Source: Cryomorphaceae bacterium
Lineage (GTDB): Bacteria; Bacteroidota; Bacteroidia; Flavobacteriales_G; Salibacteraceae
Direction of reading: 5' to 3'
Length of the DNA: 64,000 nucleotides
Assembly (NCBI GenBank): GCA_040221375.1
Contig: JAVKEP010000072.1
Span: forward strand, 6,036 to 70,035
Each line of letters opens with the position of its first letter. Positions within the stretch are counted from its first letter, which is position 1. A program made the translations under genes and the position numbers. This document shows positions 7,208-17,174 of the stretch, piece after piece. The notes under the pieces are model-generated. The model was not told where the DNA came from and made no database searches. It saw only the letters and a program-made list of their open reading frames with translations.

Positions 7208-9124
7208 CTAAAATTTCATTCCTTGAATTCTTACCGCATTAAAAATGGCTAAAAGTGCGACCCCCACATCAGCAAAAACTGCCTCCCACATAGTTGCAAC
7301 CCCACCAGCTCCCAAAACCAGCACAATCAGTTTTACTCCAAAAGCTAATCCAATGTTTTGCCAAACAATTTGTTTGGTGACCTTACCTATTTTGATAGCT
7401 GTGGCAATTTTAGACGGGTGATCAGTTTGTATAACCACATCAGCCGTTTCAATGGCTGCATCACTTCCCAGTCCACCCATTGCCATTCCTACATCGGCAA
7501 TCGTAATAACCGGAGCATCGTTTACGCCATCTCCAATAAAAGCAACTAAACGCCCTTCGCTTTTCAGCCGTTCTACTTCTTTCACTTTGTCTTCCGGCAA
7601 CAATCCTCCATAGGCTTTATCCAGTCCCAATTGATTGGCTATCTTTTGTACGACAGCCTGCTTGTCTCCTGAGAGCATTATGACCTCTTTAATTTTCGCT
7701 TGATACAAGGCTTTTATGGCAACTTCTGCATCATCTTTCAGCGTATCGGCAATGGTAATGTAACCGGCAAACTTACCGTTGGCAGCTACTAATACAGTCG
7801 TATCGGTTAACATATTAAGTTGCTTATCAAAATCCACATTGAATTTATCGAGCAGTTTTCCATTTCCTGCCAACACTTCATTATTGTTCACTCTTCCCTT
7901 TAATCCATGCCCGGATATTTCTTCTACCTCTGTAACTGAAACTTCTTTGTAAGCCTCTCCGACATATTCGACAATGGCTTGTGCTATGGGATGAGTGGAG
8001 TTCACCTCCAACGCTGCTACCATTTTTACAAACTCTGTTTTGTCCAATTCTTTTGAAACCACATCCTGCACTTCAAAAATGCCTTTGGTGAGGGTTCCAG
8101 TTTTGTCCATCACTACAGTATCTACTTTAGTAATTTGGTCAAGAAAATTAGAGCCTTTGAACAGAATCCCGTTTCGGGATGCTGCTCCGATACCTCCAAA
8201 GTATCCCAGTGGAATAGAAACGACTAATGCACACGGACAAGAAATAACCAAAAAAACGAGTGCCCTGTATAGCCAGTCGATAAAGACATAAGCATCTACA
8301 AAAAAGTATGGCAGAAAAGTTAATGCCACCGCCAGAAAAACAACAATGGGTGTATATACTTTAGCAAAACTGGTGATGAATCGCTGTGTTTTTGCTTTTC
8401 TTCCAGTGGCTTCTTGTACCAGTTTCAGAATTTTAGAAAGCTTGGTATCTTCATATTTACTGGTAACTTTTATCTCTGCCAACGTATTCAAGTTGACCAT
8501 ACCAGCCAACACCGTATCGCCTTTATTCTTGTCGTCTGGTACTGATTCACCAGTAAGTGCTGCGGTATTAAAAGCTGCATGTTCAGTAAGCAATTCTCCA
8601 TCCAATGCCACCTTTTCACCCGATTTGATCTGAATGACCTGCCCAATTTCAACTTCTTTCGGATGTTTTATGAAAGATTCTCCATTATCTATTACTGTAA
8701 CTTGTTCCACCTGCAATTTGAGTAGGGATTCGATTGATCGTTTTGCCCTATTCACGGCTGCTTCCTGAAACAATTCACCTATAGTGTAGAATAGCATCAC
8801 GGCCACTGCCTCGGCATATTCACCAATGGCAAACGCACCAATAGTGGCAAGGCTCATCAGGAAGAATTCATTGAACAGGTCGACTGTGAATAGTTTTTTC
8901 AATGCCTTCCATACCACCATTCTACCAACAGCGAAGTAGGCAATACCATACATCAATAACTGCAATTCCTGGTTGAATGTTTTCGGGCTTACTTGCTCCA
9001 GAATAATACCGGTTAGCAGAAATGAGAAGCTTAAGACTGCCGGAAAATAAGGGCGGAACTTTTCTAACAGAGAAGTTTCACCCTGTTGATTACTCAATAC
9101 TTCATTAGAAGAACTTTTACTCAT
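7208..9124 (-). CDS. Heavy-metal translocating P1B-type ATPase (Zn/Cd/Pb-type signature)
   Basis: DKTGTLT, GDGVNDAP, TM6 CPCALVVSIP (CPCx4SxP), NIGLAFGVK (Nx7K) and ADVGV (DxG). No N-terminal CxxC/HMA domain. Confidence 0.95.
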   Translation of the reverse strand: MSKSSSNEVLSNQQGETSLLEKFRPYFPAVLSFSFLLTGIILEQVSPKTFNQELQLLMYGIAYFAVGRMVVWKALKKLFTVDLFNEFFLMSLATIGAFAIGEYAEAVAVMLFYTIGELFQEAAVNRAKRSIESLLKLQVEQVTVIDNGESFIKHPKEVEIGQVIQIKSGEKVALDGELLTEHAAFNTAALTGESVPDDKNKGDTVLAGMVNLNTLAEIKVTSKYEDTKLSKILKLVQEATGRKAKTQRFITSFAKVYTPIVVFLAVALTFLPYFFVDAYVFIDWLYRALVFLVISCPCALVVSIPLGYFGGIGAASRNGILFKGSNFLDQITKVDTVVMDKTGTLTKGIFEVQDVVSKELDKTEFVKMVAALEVNSTHPIAQAIVEYVGEAYKEVSVTEVEEISGHGLKGRVNNNEVLAGNGKLLDKFNVDFDKQLNMLTDTTVLVAANGKFAGYITIADTLKDDAEVAIKALYQAKIKEVIMLSGDKQAVVQKIANQLGLDKAYGGLLPEDKVKEVERLKSEGRLVAFIGDGVNDAPVITIADVGMAMGGLGSDAAIETADVVIQTDHPSKIATAIKIGKVTKQIVWQNIGLAFGVKLIVLVLGAGGVATMWEAVFADVGVALLAIFNAVRIQGMKF

Positions 9125-9134
9125 AACTCTTTAA

Positions 9135-9734
9135 TTATATCCATCTTCTAACAGCATTCATATATTCAACATAGGTGTTTCCATGTGTCTTCTTTAGGTA
9201 TTCCTCTTCAAGCCTAACCTGTATCTGAAGTATTACGAATGTCAGAAGCATTATTGCAAAGCTCAGCGCATTCGGAATGATTAAGAACGTTCCGATGTAT
9301 GAAACAATGACACCGAGAAAAATCGGATTACGTGAAACCCTAAATAGTCCTGTCTTCTTTAACTCAGTTTTCTCCTCATAGTTAATTCCAATTCTCCATG
9401 AATTTGACATTTGATTCTGGGCGATTATTATCCAAACGAAGGAGATAAATGCCAATGCAAACCCTAAGTGTTGTGCCCAACCAAAATCCAAATACCAAAA
9501 GGGTAACAGAAACTTATACTGGCTCGGAAAAAATGAATAGAATACGATTGAAGTCCAAGTGCCAAATATCATGAGCCTATATACCCGCCCGCAAAAGTCA
9601 TGTGGACTTGCTGTATTGCCAAAAACGTAAGGTTTAACCCCAGTTTTTTTCCATTGGATCCAACTCTGGATAACAAATACTTGAAGAATATAGACCAACG
9701 TGAATATTGGTAATGCAATTTGATAAAACGTCAC
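9135..9734 (-). CDS. Isoprenylcysteine carboxyl methyltransferase-family membrane protein (CzcN/NccN-like), GTG start
   Basis: 199 aa, multi-TM. SRNPIFLGVIVSYIG...EEEYLKKTHGNTYVEYMNAVRRWI is typical of the ICMT/PEMT family. Confidence 0.75.
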   Translation of the reverse strand: MTFYQIALPIFTLVYILQVFVIQSWIQWKKTGVKPYVFGNTASPHDFCGRVYRLMIFGTWTSIVFYSFFPSQYKFLLPFWYLDFGWAQHLGFALAFISFVWIIIAQNQMSNSWRIGINYEEKTELKKTGLFRVSRNPIFLGVIVSYIGTFLIIPNALSFAIMLLTFVILQIQVRLEEEYLKKTHGNTYVEYMNAVRRWI

Positions 9735-9746
9735 GATTTGAATTTT

Positions 9747-10964
9747 TTAGTGCTCATGTTCTGCTTCGCCTTTTTTCATCTCAGCGAGTAAGTAATAGGC
9801 ATTATTCCAAGCCACAGTTGCTTTTTCTGGCAATGCATTGAGGAGTTTTATCTCAATCCAACCATCATCTCTGGTTCCAGCAATGACCTCTATGGGCTCA
9901 AATGCCCATTCTATTTTACCGTTGTCATTTTCATTTTTGGCAGTGAATATGAAATACTTCTCTCCTTCACGAACAACAGCAGCTTCCGGTAAAGCGTAGC
10001 TGTGATTGTCATTTATCATTATACGTCCTCTTACATACATACCTGGAATGAGTAATCCTGTTTTGTTTTCGATTTCTGCATGGATGTGAATTGCCTTTGG
10101 ATCTTGCTCGAATGCTTTCCCAACTGAATAAATGGTAGCCTCCAATTCCTGTTTAGGCAAGGATTCAATGGTAAACCGGATTTTCTGACCTTTTTCAACT
10201 TTGTGCATGTCCTTTTCAAACACCATTAAGTCTGCATGAATATGGTCGATGTTGACAATCTCAAACATTTCAGTTTGAGGCTCTACAAACTGTCCTGTTT
10301 TTACTTCCACCAAACGGATGTGTCCGTCAATAGGACTGATAACAGGAACCTGTTCATAGATTTCACCTTGTCTGATTTTGTCAAGACCTAATCCCATCAT
10401 TTTCAATTGAGCTTCATAACCATTTACCATACTTTTCATTGATAGGTAGTCTGCCCGTGTTTTCTGAAACTCCTTTCCTGATCCTACCTTTTCTTCATAC
10501 AGCTTCTTTTGTCGCTGATATTCTTGTTCCAGGTATTGAAGCTGGTTCCAGCTATTCGCATAATCAGTTTGTAGTTTAATTAGGTTGGGATGGCTTAGGT
10601 AGGCCAATACTTGTCCTTTACTAACCTTGTCTCCTTCAATGACTTTAATAAGAGTAACATTGGAACCTACAATAGCCGTAACCGCTGCCTCGTTTTGTGG
10701 TGGCACCTCCAGTTGACCGTTTGCTTCTACGTAGGAGCTGATGTTACGGAAGGGAAGGGTATCAGATTTCATACCCAACGATTGATATTGTTGCTCCGAA
10801 AAATGAACTTCTTCTTCATGTCCTTCTCCGTGTTCATGGTGTTCAGATTCTGCACCGCTTTCATGTTCACCGTGTCCTTCTTCATTATGCCCGGAATCTT
10901 CACAAGCAACCACAAATAAACTTGCTGCAAATAGCAGTATGTATGTTTTTATATTCGATTTCAT
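9747..10964 (-). CDS. RND efflux periplasmic adaptor (CzcB-like) with a His-rich N-terminal segment
   Basis: 405 aa. Lipoprotein-like signal (FVVAC), then HNEEGHGEHESGAESEHHEHGEGHEEEVH, then the coiled-coil/barrel pattern of membrane fusion proteins. Confidence 0.9.
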   Translation of the reverse strand: MKSNIKTYILLFAASLFVVACEDSGHNEEGHGEHESGAESEHHEHGEGHEEEVHFSEQQYQSLGMKSDTLPFRNISSYVEANGQLEVPPQNEAAVTAIVGSNVTLIKVIEGDKVSKGQVLAYLSHPNLIKLQTDYANSWNQLQYLEQEYQRQKKLYEEKVGSGKEFQKTRADYLSMKSMVNGYEAQLKMMGLGLDKIRQGEIYEQVPVISPIDGHIRLVEVKTGQFVEPQTEMFEIVNIDHIHADLMVFEKDMHKVEKGQKIRFTIESLPKQELEATIYSVGKAFEQDPKAIHIHAEIENKTGLLIPGMYVRGRIMINDNHSYALPEAAVVREGEKYFIFTAKNENDNGKIEWAFEPIEVIAGTRDDGWIEIKLLNALPEKATVAWNNAYYLLAEMKKGEAEHEH

Positions 10965-10981
10965 AATATTCAGTTTTTTAG

Positions 10982-13900
10982 TTATTGACCAATGAGATAT
11001 TCCAGGTTAATAATAGCCTGATTGTACCCGTTTAATGTATTGAGGTAAGTGAGTTTTAGTTCCGGACCTTGATTTAGGTTTTGGAAGTATTCGACATAAT
11101 TAATGGCTCCATTCTCAAAGCTCTTTTGAGCATTACCAATGACCAAGTTCGCCTGTGGAACTGCCTTATCCCTGTAATAGCTTAAACTACCCCTGTATTT
11201 TAATACTTCCTGCAACTGCTGTTCATACTGTCCTTGAAGCACGTTATGGTAGTAGTCAGCATTGGTTTGAGCCATTTGTTCTTTTAGTTTGGCTGATTTT
11301 ATACTCGCCTTGTAAGAACCATAAAACAAAGGGATGGATATACCAGCCTGAACACCCGAAAACCGAGTGGATCCTCCAGCAATATCTCCATTTACAGTAG
11401 GGTTACCTATTTGGGATTGATTAAAATAACCAACCGATAAATCAGGAAGCATCTTAGCTGATTGTACTGCTTTTTCTGCGTTGGTAATGTCAATCTGCTG
11501 TTGTGCATAGGCTAACATTGGGTTACTACTCAATTGTGTAGAATCCTGTATATTGGCCAGAACTCTTTCATCCAAAGGAGCTGGAACAAAACTTAAACCG
11601 GTTGTATCGTTCAATAGTATCCGAAGTTGTTTCTCCTGAATACTTATGTCAGATGCTATCAGTTTAAGTTCATTTTGTATTTCCATCATCATGGTTTCTG
11701 CTGTTGCCTTTTCCAAATATGAGGTAGCCTCGGTTTCATACCGGATAGTGGCTGCATGAAGGAACCTACCATAAATGGTGTCCTGGTATAAGAGTAGCTT
11801 TTCCTTTTCTTGGAGATAAACTAAATCATACCAAGTCTGCCTGATGTCTCGTTTCAAGCCATTTTCAGTGATCGCCAATTGCATTTGGCTTCCTTCTGTT
11901 TTTTCTATCGCCAGTTTTCGTTGGGAAGTATAAACAGTCGGAAATTCAATGCTCTGATTCAGGTCAAAGGCAAAGTCATTTTCAAAACTGTTGTACTGAC
12001 CGTATTGAAAACCAACGCTTGTTTTCCCCAGATTAAAAGCCTCTTTTTCACCTTGTTGTTGTAACTCTATAATGGTTTTAGCTACCTGCACATTCCCATT
12101 ATTGGATAGTCCTATTTTGACTACTTCATCCAATGTGGTAATGGTTTTGCCATTGACATCCTGGGCTTTGAGTTCACCAGAAGAAAAAAGAGAAATTCCA
12201 CCTATCAACAATATAACAGTCAATGCTTTTGGCATAACCACTTTTACACTTCTATTTTCTACCCAACGGTAGAGTATAGGCAACACGAATAGTGTTAAGA
12301 GTGTAGCAGATATCATTCCGCCAATAACTACTGTGGCTAATGGTTGTTGAACTTCAGCTCCGGCAGAGGTAGATATTGCCATCGGTAAAAAGCCCAAGAC
12401 ATCGGTTAATGCTGTGAGTAGGATAGGTCTAATCCTCCTTCTTGCCCCTTGCTTGATCCGTTCGTTCAAATCTGACATGCCCTCTTCTTTAAGCTCGTTC
12501 CATCCACTTATCAAGACGAGACCATTCAATACAGCAACGCCAAATAGCACGATAAATCCTACACCTGCAGATATACTAAAAGGCATATCTCGTAGCCATA
12601 AGGAGAAGACCCCTCCAATGGCTGCCAGTGGGATGGCCATATATATCATCATGGATTGTTTGAATGATTTTAATGCAAAAAATATGAGTAGGAATATTAA
12701 CCCTAATGCAATAGGAACGACTATTTGTAATCGCTTACTTGCTCTTTCAAGATTCTCAAATGCACCACCGTAACGTATATAATAACCGGGTGGAAGATCG
12801 AGCTGTGCATCAAGCTTTTGTTGAATTTCTTCCACCAACGACTTTATATCACGACCTCTCACATTGATACCCACGTAAGTCCTTCGATTTGTATTATCCC
12901 GACTTATTTGCATTGGCCCTGATTGATAGCTAATATCTGCAACTTCCTTTAATGGTATTTGCGCACCACTGGCCAGGTTGACGTAAAGGTTTTTAAGATC
13001 ATCTATACTTTTGCGGTGCTGTTCATCCAAACGAACAACTAAGTCAAAGCGTTTTTCACCTTCAAATATGACTCCCGCCTTTCCCCCTGCAAACGCAGAT
13101 TGAATAACCGTGTTCAAGTCTTCTACATGTAAGCCATATTGAGCCAATTTGTACCTGTTGTATTTCACGGTCATTTGTGGAAGTCCACTGGTTGCTTCCA
13201 CTTTCATGTCGGCTACCCCTTTTACAGTAGAGATGATTTTACCCATTTCCTCTGCCTTGACCGCAAGCATATTCAAGTCTTCGCCAAAAAGTTTCACGGC
13301 TATATCTTCCCTTACACCAGTAATCAATTCATTGAACCGCATTTCGATGGGTTGGGTAAATTCATAATTAATTCCAGGAACCTTCTCGACTGCTTCTTTC
13401 ATTTTATCTATCAACTCCTCTTTGCTGTCAGCTGAAACCCATTCATCTTGCGGTTTGAGAATAACAAAAACATCTGCTATATCCATTGGCATGGGATCGG
13501 TGGGTACATCTGCAACTCCAATTCGACTGAGTATATGTATGACTTCCGGAAAATTGGATTTTACAACTTGCTCAATTTTTGTCGTTGTCTCGATGGTTTC
13601 CGTTAGAGAACTTCCCGGTTTCAGGATGGCGTGAAATGCTATATCACCTTCATCCAGTTGAGGCACAAATTCGCCTCCCAATCGCGAGAAAGTAAATACT
13701 GCTAACCCCAGGAGAACTATTGCCGAACCCAATATCCATTTGGCTCTTTTCAGCGCTTTTCCGAGCAGGGGTTCGTATAAATCTTCCAACCAAATAACGA
13801 AACGATCACCCCAGGACGTCTTATTCTTATTACCCATTCGCATAAACCAGGCTGACATCATGGGAACATAGGTCAAGCAGAGAATCATAACACCTATCAT

Positions 13901-15352
13901 GGCGAACATGAAAGTAAGTGCCATTGGCTTGAACATTTTGCCTTCAACTCCCTCTAATGCCAGTATTGGAATAAATACTATCAGGATGATTAACTGACCG
14001 AAAAAAGCGGAGTTCATCATTTTACTAGACGATCCGTAAGCTACATCATCCCGTACTTTGGAAGTAATATTTTGCTTTTTAAGTACTTTGTCATGCAGGA
14101 GAAATACGGTGCTTTCAACTATTATTACTGCACCATCTATGATGATTCCAAAGTCAATAGCTCCTAAACTCATTAGGTTTGCCCACACTCCGAATACATT
14201 CATCAGAATAAAAGCAAAGAGTAAGGATAGTGGAATCGTAGAGGCCACAATTAAACCACCTCTCCAATTACCAAGTAAGAAAACCAATACAAAAATGACA
14301 ATCAATGCCCCTTCCATTAAATTTTGGCTAACCGTACCAGTAGTTTTTGCTATTAATGCACTTCTATCTAGGAATGGTTCAATGCTTACACCTTCGGGTA
14401 ATGATTTTTGAATATCTATGATTCGTTCTTTTACCGCTGCGATTACATTATTGGAGTTGGCTCCGTTTAGCATGAGGATCATTCCACCAACAGCTTCTCC
14501 TTTTCCGTCCTTAGTAAAAGAACCATATTTGACAGCTTTTCCAAATTGGACTTTTGCCACATCCTTAATGGTAATAGGCAAGCCATTTATGTTTGTAATG
14601 ACAATATTTTCGATGTCCTGAATACTCCGCGCTAACCCTTCGCCCCGAATAAAATTGGCGTAGTGGTCTTTTTCAATGTAAGCTCCACCAGTATTTTGAT
14701 TGTTCTTTTCAAGGGCAATGAAAATATCAGTAATGGTCAGTCCGATAGCTTTAAGTTCATCAGGATTAACGGCTACTTCATACTGCTTTACATCACCACC
14801 AAAAGCATTGACTTCTACTACACCAGCGACCATTGCCATTTGCCTTCGTACTATCCAATCTTGCATAGTACGCAGGTCGGATGAAGAATACTGGTCTGTG
14901 TAAGCCGAATCTACTTCTAAGGTGTATTGGTATATTTCTCCTAATCCGGTAGATATTGGCCCCATGGCCGGCTCCCCGAACCCTTTAGGTATTTCTTCTT
15001 TTACCTCCGTGAGCTTTTCGGCTACAAGTTGCCTTGGCAAATATGTTCCCATGTCGTCTTCAAAAACGATAGTAACAACGGATAATCCGAATCGGGAAAC
15101 AGATCGAATTTCCTTTACTCCTGGTAAGTTGGCCATTGCCACTTCAACTGGGTAGGTGACAAATTGCTCAATATCCTCCGTCCCTAAACTGGGTGCTTGA
15201 GTTATAACCTGTACCTGGTTATTCGTAATATCCGGAACGGCATCAAGCGGAACCTGGCTGGCACTCCATAACCCCCCAACAATAAGGGCAACGGTAAGCA
15301 AGCCAATAATGAGCTTGTTCTTTATTGAGAATAATATTATTTGATTAATCAT
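10982..15352 (-). CDS. CzcA/CusA-family heavy-metal RND permease fused in frame to a TolC/CzcC-like outer-membrane factor
   Basis: 1456 aa in one uninterrupted frame. The RND part is aa 1 to ~1035. At aa 1040 (nt 12235-12233) comes the signal-peptide-like MPKALTVILLIGGISLFSSGELKAQ, followed by ~390 aa of OMF-like sequence. Confidence 0.9.
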   Translation of the reverse strand: MINQIILFSIKNKLIIGLLTVALIVGGLWSASQVPLDAVPDITNNQVQVITQAPSLGTEDIEQFVTYPVEVAMANLPGVKEIRSVSRFGLSVVTIVFEDDMGTYLPRQLVAEKLTEVKEEIPKGFGEPAMGPISTGLGEIYQYTLEVDSAYTDQYSSSDLRTMQDWIVRRQMAMVAGVVEVNAFGGDVKQYEVAVNPDELKAIGLTITDIFIALEKNNQNTGGAYIEKDHYANFIRGEGLARSIQDIENIVITNINGLPITIKDVAKVQFGKAVKYGSFTKDGKGEAVGGMILMLNGANSNNVIAAVKERIIDIQKSLPEGVSIEPFLDRSALIAKTTGTVSQNLMEGALIVIFVLVFLLGNWRGGLIVASTIPLSLLFAFILMNVFGVWANLMSLGAIDFGIIIDGAVIIVESTVFLLHDKVLKKQNITSKVRDDVAYGSSSKMMNSAFFGQLIILIVFIPILALEGVEGKMFKPMALTFMFAMIGVMILCLTYVPMMSAWFMRMGNKNKTSWGDRFVIWLEDLYEPLLGKALKRAKWILGSAIVLLGLAVFTFSRLGGEFVPQLDEGDIAFHAILKPGSSLTETIETTTKIEQVVKSNFPEVIHILSRIGVADVPTDPMPMDIADVFVILKPQDEWVSADSKEELIDKMKEAVEKVPGINYEFTQPIEMRFNELITGVREDIAVKLFGEDLNMLAVKAEEMGKIISTVKGVADMKVEATSGLPQMTVKYNRYKLAQYGLHVEDLNTVIQSAFAGGKAGVIFEGEKRFDLVVRLDEQHRKSIDDLKNLYVNLASGAQIPLKEVADISYQSGPMQISRDNTNRRTYVGINVRGRDIKSLVEEIQQKLDAQLDLPPGYYIRYGGAFENLERASKRLQIVVPIALGLIFLLIFFALKSFKQSMMIYMAIPLAAIGGVFSLWLRDMPFSISAGVGFIVLFGVAVLNGLVLISGWNELKEEGMSDLNERIKQGARRRIRPILLTALTDVLGFLPMAISTSAGAEVQQPLATVVIGGMISATLLTLFVLPILYRWVENRSVKVVMPKALTVILLIGGISLFSSGELKAQDVNGKTITTLDEVVKIGLSNNGNVQVAKTIIELQQQGEKEAFNLGKTSVGFQYGQYNSFENDFAFDLNQSIEFPTVYTSQRKLAIEKTEGSQMQLAITENGLKRDIRQTWYDLVYLQEKEKLLLYQDTIYGRFLHAATIRYETEATSYLEKATAETMMMEIQNELKLIASDISIQEKQLRILLNDTTGLSFVPAPLDERVLANIQDSTQLSSNPMLAYAQQQIDITNAEKAVQSAKMLPDLSVGYFNQSQIGNPTVNGDIAGGSTRFSGVQAGISIPLFYGSYKASIKSAKLKEQMAQTNADYYHNVLQGQYEQQLQEVLKYRGSLSYYRDKAVPQANLVIGNAQKSFENGAINYVEYFQNLNQGPELKLTYLNTLNGYNQAIINLEYLIGQ

Positions 15353-15455
15353 ATTGATTTAATTTCTTGTTAAAATGAATATAGGATTGCCTCTCCGGGG
15401 AATCCGAAAAAGGGAATATGAATACCTGCCCGATTAAATTATCGGGCACAAACTC

Positions 15456-15944
15456 TTAGCAAGAAAGGGATGGTGGTCCCCGGTGTGGGGAATCTCCTAT
15501 CGGTGGTGATAGGCAGACAGTAGCAACTTCACTACTAAATTCGGAGAGAGCCTTGTTGGAATCTGTAAAACCAAAAACCGTAAGTAATATTGATACAAGC
15601 TTGGCATTGGTAAGTCGTATATCAACGTTATCATTTGTTTTTGAAAGAAGATAATGTTGCAAGTTGCAATCCTGATACGGATGCTCCATGTCACCTAATA
15701 AGCATACCACTAAATCGTATACGCCACCATCCAAATGATCATTATGAACGATATCCTCATGGTCAATATGCTTATCATCAAAAGCATGCTGATGATGTTC
15801 ATGATGGTGATGTGGATTCCCCTCATGAGCAGCTACTTGGTGTTCAATATTGTTGGCTTCACAATGGGGAATAAGGTAATGTGCAAACCCTAATGAGTAG
15901 GTAAGTAATAAAAGTAACGATATGAGTGCTCTTTTAATTTGCAT
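15456..15944 (-). CDS. Secreted histidine-rich protein (putative periplasmic metal binder)
   Basis: Signal peptide, then AAHEGNPHHHHEHHQHAFDDKHIDHEDIVHNDH. First structural gene after the regulators in the metal operon. Confidence 0.6.
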   Translation of the reverse strand: MQIKRALISLLLLLTYSLGFAHYLIPHCEANNIEHQVAAHEGNPHHHHEHHQHAFDDKHIDHEDIVHNDHLDGGVYDLVVCLLGDMEHPYQDCNLQHYLLSKTNDNVDIRLTNAKLVSILLTVFGFTDSNKALSEFSSEVATVCLSPPIGDSPHRGPPSLSC

Positions 15945-15993
15945 TTAAGGACAAATAAAACTAATGTTTTCGTGCAATGGTATTGCAAAGCTA

Positions 15994-16407
15994 CTATTTG
16001 CAATTTCCACATGTTCCTTTTATGACCATACTAATTTCGTTAAGCTCAAAATTAACAGGCAGTTGCACCATGGGCACACTTGTTTGAATTAAACAAAAAG
16101 TTTCCTTACAATCGGTACAATGAAAGTGGATATGAAGGTCTTCAGGATTACATTCACATCCTTCAAGACAAAGTGCGTATTTAGGAACACCGGTTCCATC
16201 GTCAATGCTATGAATGAGTTTGTTTTTTTCAAACGTTTTTAAAGTGCGGTATAAGGTCGTTCGATCTACCAGTTCAAATGAACTTTCCAATTCGGTCAAA
16301 CCTACAGCACTAGAAAGCTGCATCAATTGTTGCAGCACCAATAACCGCATTGCAGTGGGTTTTATTTTTCTTGATAGTAGTTTGTGCTCTAAATTTTCAT
16401 TCATCAC
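15994..16407 (-). CDS. Fur-family metalloregulator
   Basis: 137 aa. IKPTAMRLLVLQQL winged-helix start, then Cys pairs HCTDCKETFC and GTCGNC. Confidence 0.8.
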   Translation of the reverse strand: MMNENLEHKLLSRKIKPTAMRLLVLQQLMQLSSAVGLTELESSFELVDRTTLYRTLKTFEKNKLIHSIDDGTGVPKYALCLEGCECNPEDLHIHFHCTDCKETFCLIQTSVPMVQLPVNFELNEISMVIKGTCGNCK

Positions 16408-17065
16408 CTTTTTTGATAATTATATTTTTACAAACTTGATGGGAGATTATTTTTTCTGATTCATCTTTGGTTTTAATGACATAAGATTTGTCATAATCAA
16501 TGATATTAACTACCGATATTTGCCCTCCCAAGCTAAACTCAAGGCTTTCTAGGTACTTCAAAAAATTGGGTGAATGGTCTTTTACTCCGACCATCACTAC
16601 TTGATCTCCTGATTCAACTTTGTCTAGCGTTTTTTCAACTCTTTGAATAATCATTCCATTTTTATCTGGAATCGGATCACCGTGAGGATCAAATTGCGGG
16701 TAGTCCAAAAACTCATCTAAACGGGTGACAAGTTCCGGAGAATTAATATGTTCAAGTTGTTCTGCAATGGCATGTACTTCATCCCATTTAAACTTAAATT
16801 TTTCAACCAGAAATGTTTCCCATAAACGATGTTTCCTGATAATCTTTAAGGCAATCGTCTCTCCCTCTTTTGTTAGCGAAACTCCTTTATAGCGAGCATA
16901 TTTTATCAACTTTTTATCACTTAGTTTCTTCAACATATCAGAAACAGTTGGTGGTTTTATTTCCAACATATCTCCAATAGACTTTGTTGCCACCTCTTTG
17001 GGTTGGAGTTTAGACAACTTGTAGATGGCTTTTAAATAATTTTCTTCAGTTTGACTGTATTCCAT
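16397..17065 (-). CDS. DtxR/MntR-family metal-dependent transcriptional regulator with FeoA/SH3-like C-terminal domain
   Basis: 222 aa. MEYSQTEENYLKAIYKL...TVSDMLKKL...RKHRLWETFL is typical of iron-dependent repressors. Overlaps the Fur-like gene by 11 nt. Confidence 0.85.
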   Translation of the reverse strand: MEYSQTEENYLKAIYKLSKLQPKEVATKSIGDMLEIKPPTVSDMLKKLSDKKLIKYARYKGVSLTKEGETIALKIIRKHRLWETFLVEKFKFKWDEVHAIAEQLEHINSPELVTRLDEFLDYPQFDPHGDPIPDKNGMIIQRVEKTLDKVESGDQVVMVGVKDHSPNFLKYLESLEFSLGGQISVVNIIDYDKSYVIKTKDESEKIISHQVCKNIIIKKGDE

Positions 17066-17174
17066 GATAAGACCTTATATGGGCACAAAACTACAATAAA
17101 TGTTTAGCCAATACACTAAATTATGATTAGATAAGACTAATAATAATATTAGATTTGCAGAAATATAGTCGATT
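17066..17174. promoter_or_regulatory. Divergent promoter region with two Bacteroidota-type -7 boxes (TAnnTTTG)
   Basis: TAGTTTTG on the minus strand (17086-17093) lies upstream of the DtxR-like gene. TAGATTTG on the plus strand (17150-17157) lies 17 nt before the ATG at 17175. No clear -33 TTG at ideal spacing. Confidence 0.3.

Noticed and set aside
15427-15448. TGCCCGAT-taaatt-ATCGGGCA hairpin between the His-rich gene and the RND gene, a possible internal terminator or attenuator.
   Set aside because: On the minus strand it is not followed by a proper T-tract (GGTATTCATATTCCCTTTTTC). It may only be an mRNA-stability element, and there is too little evidence to call it.
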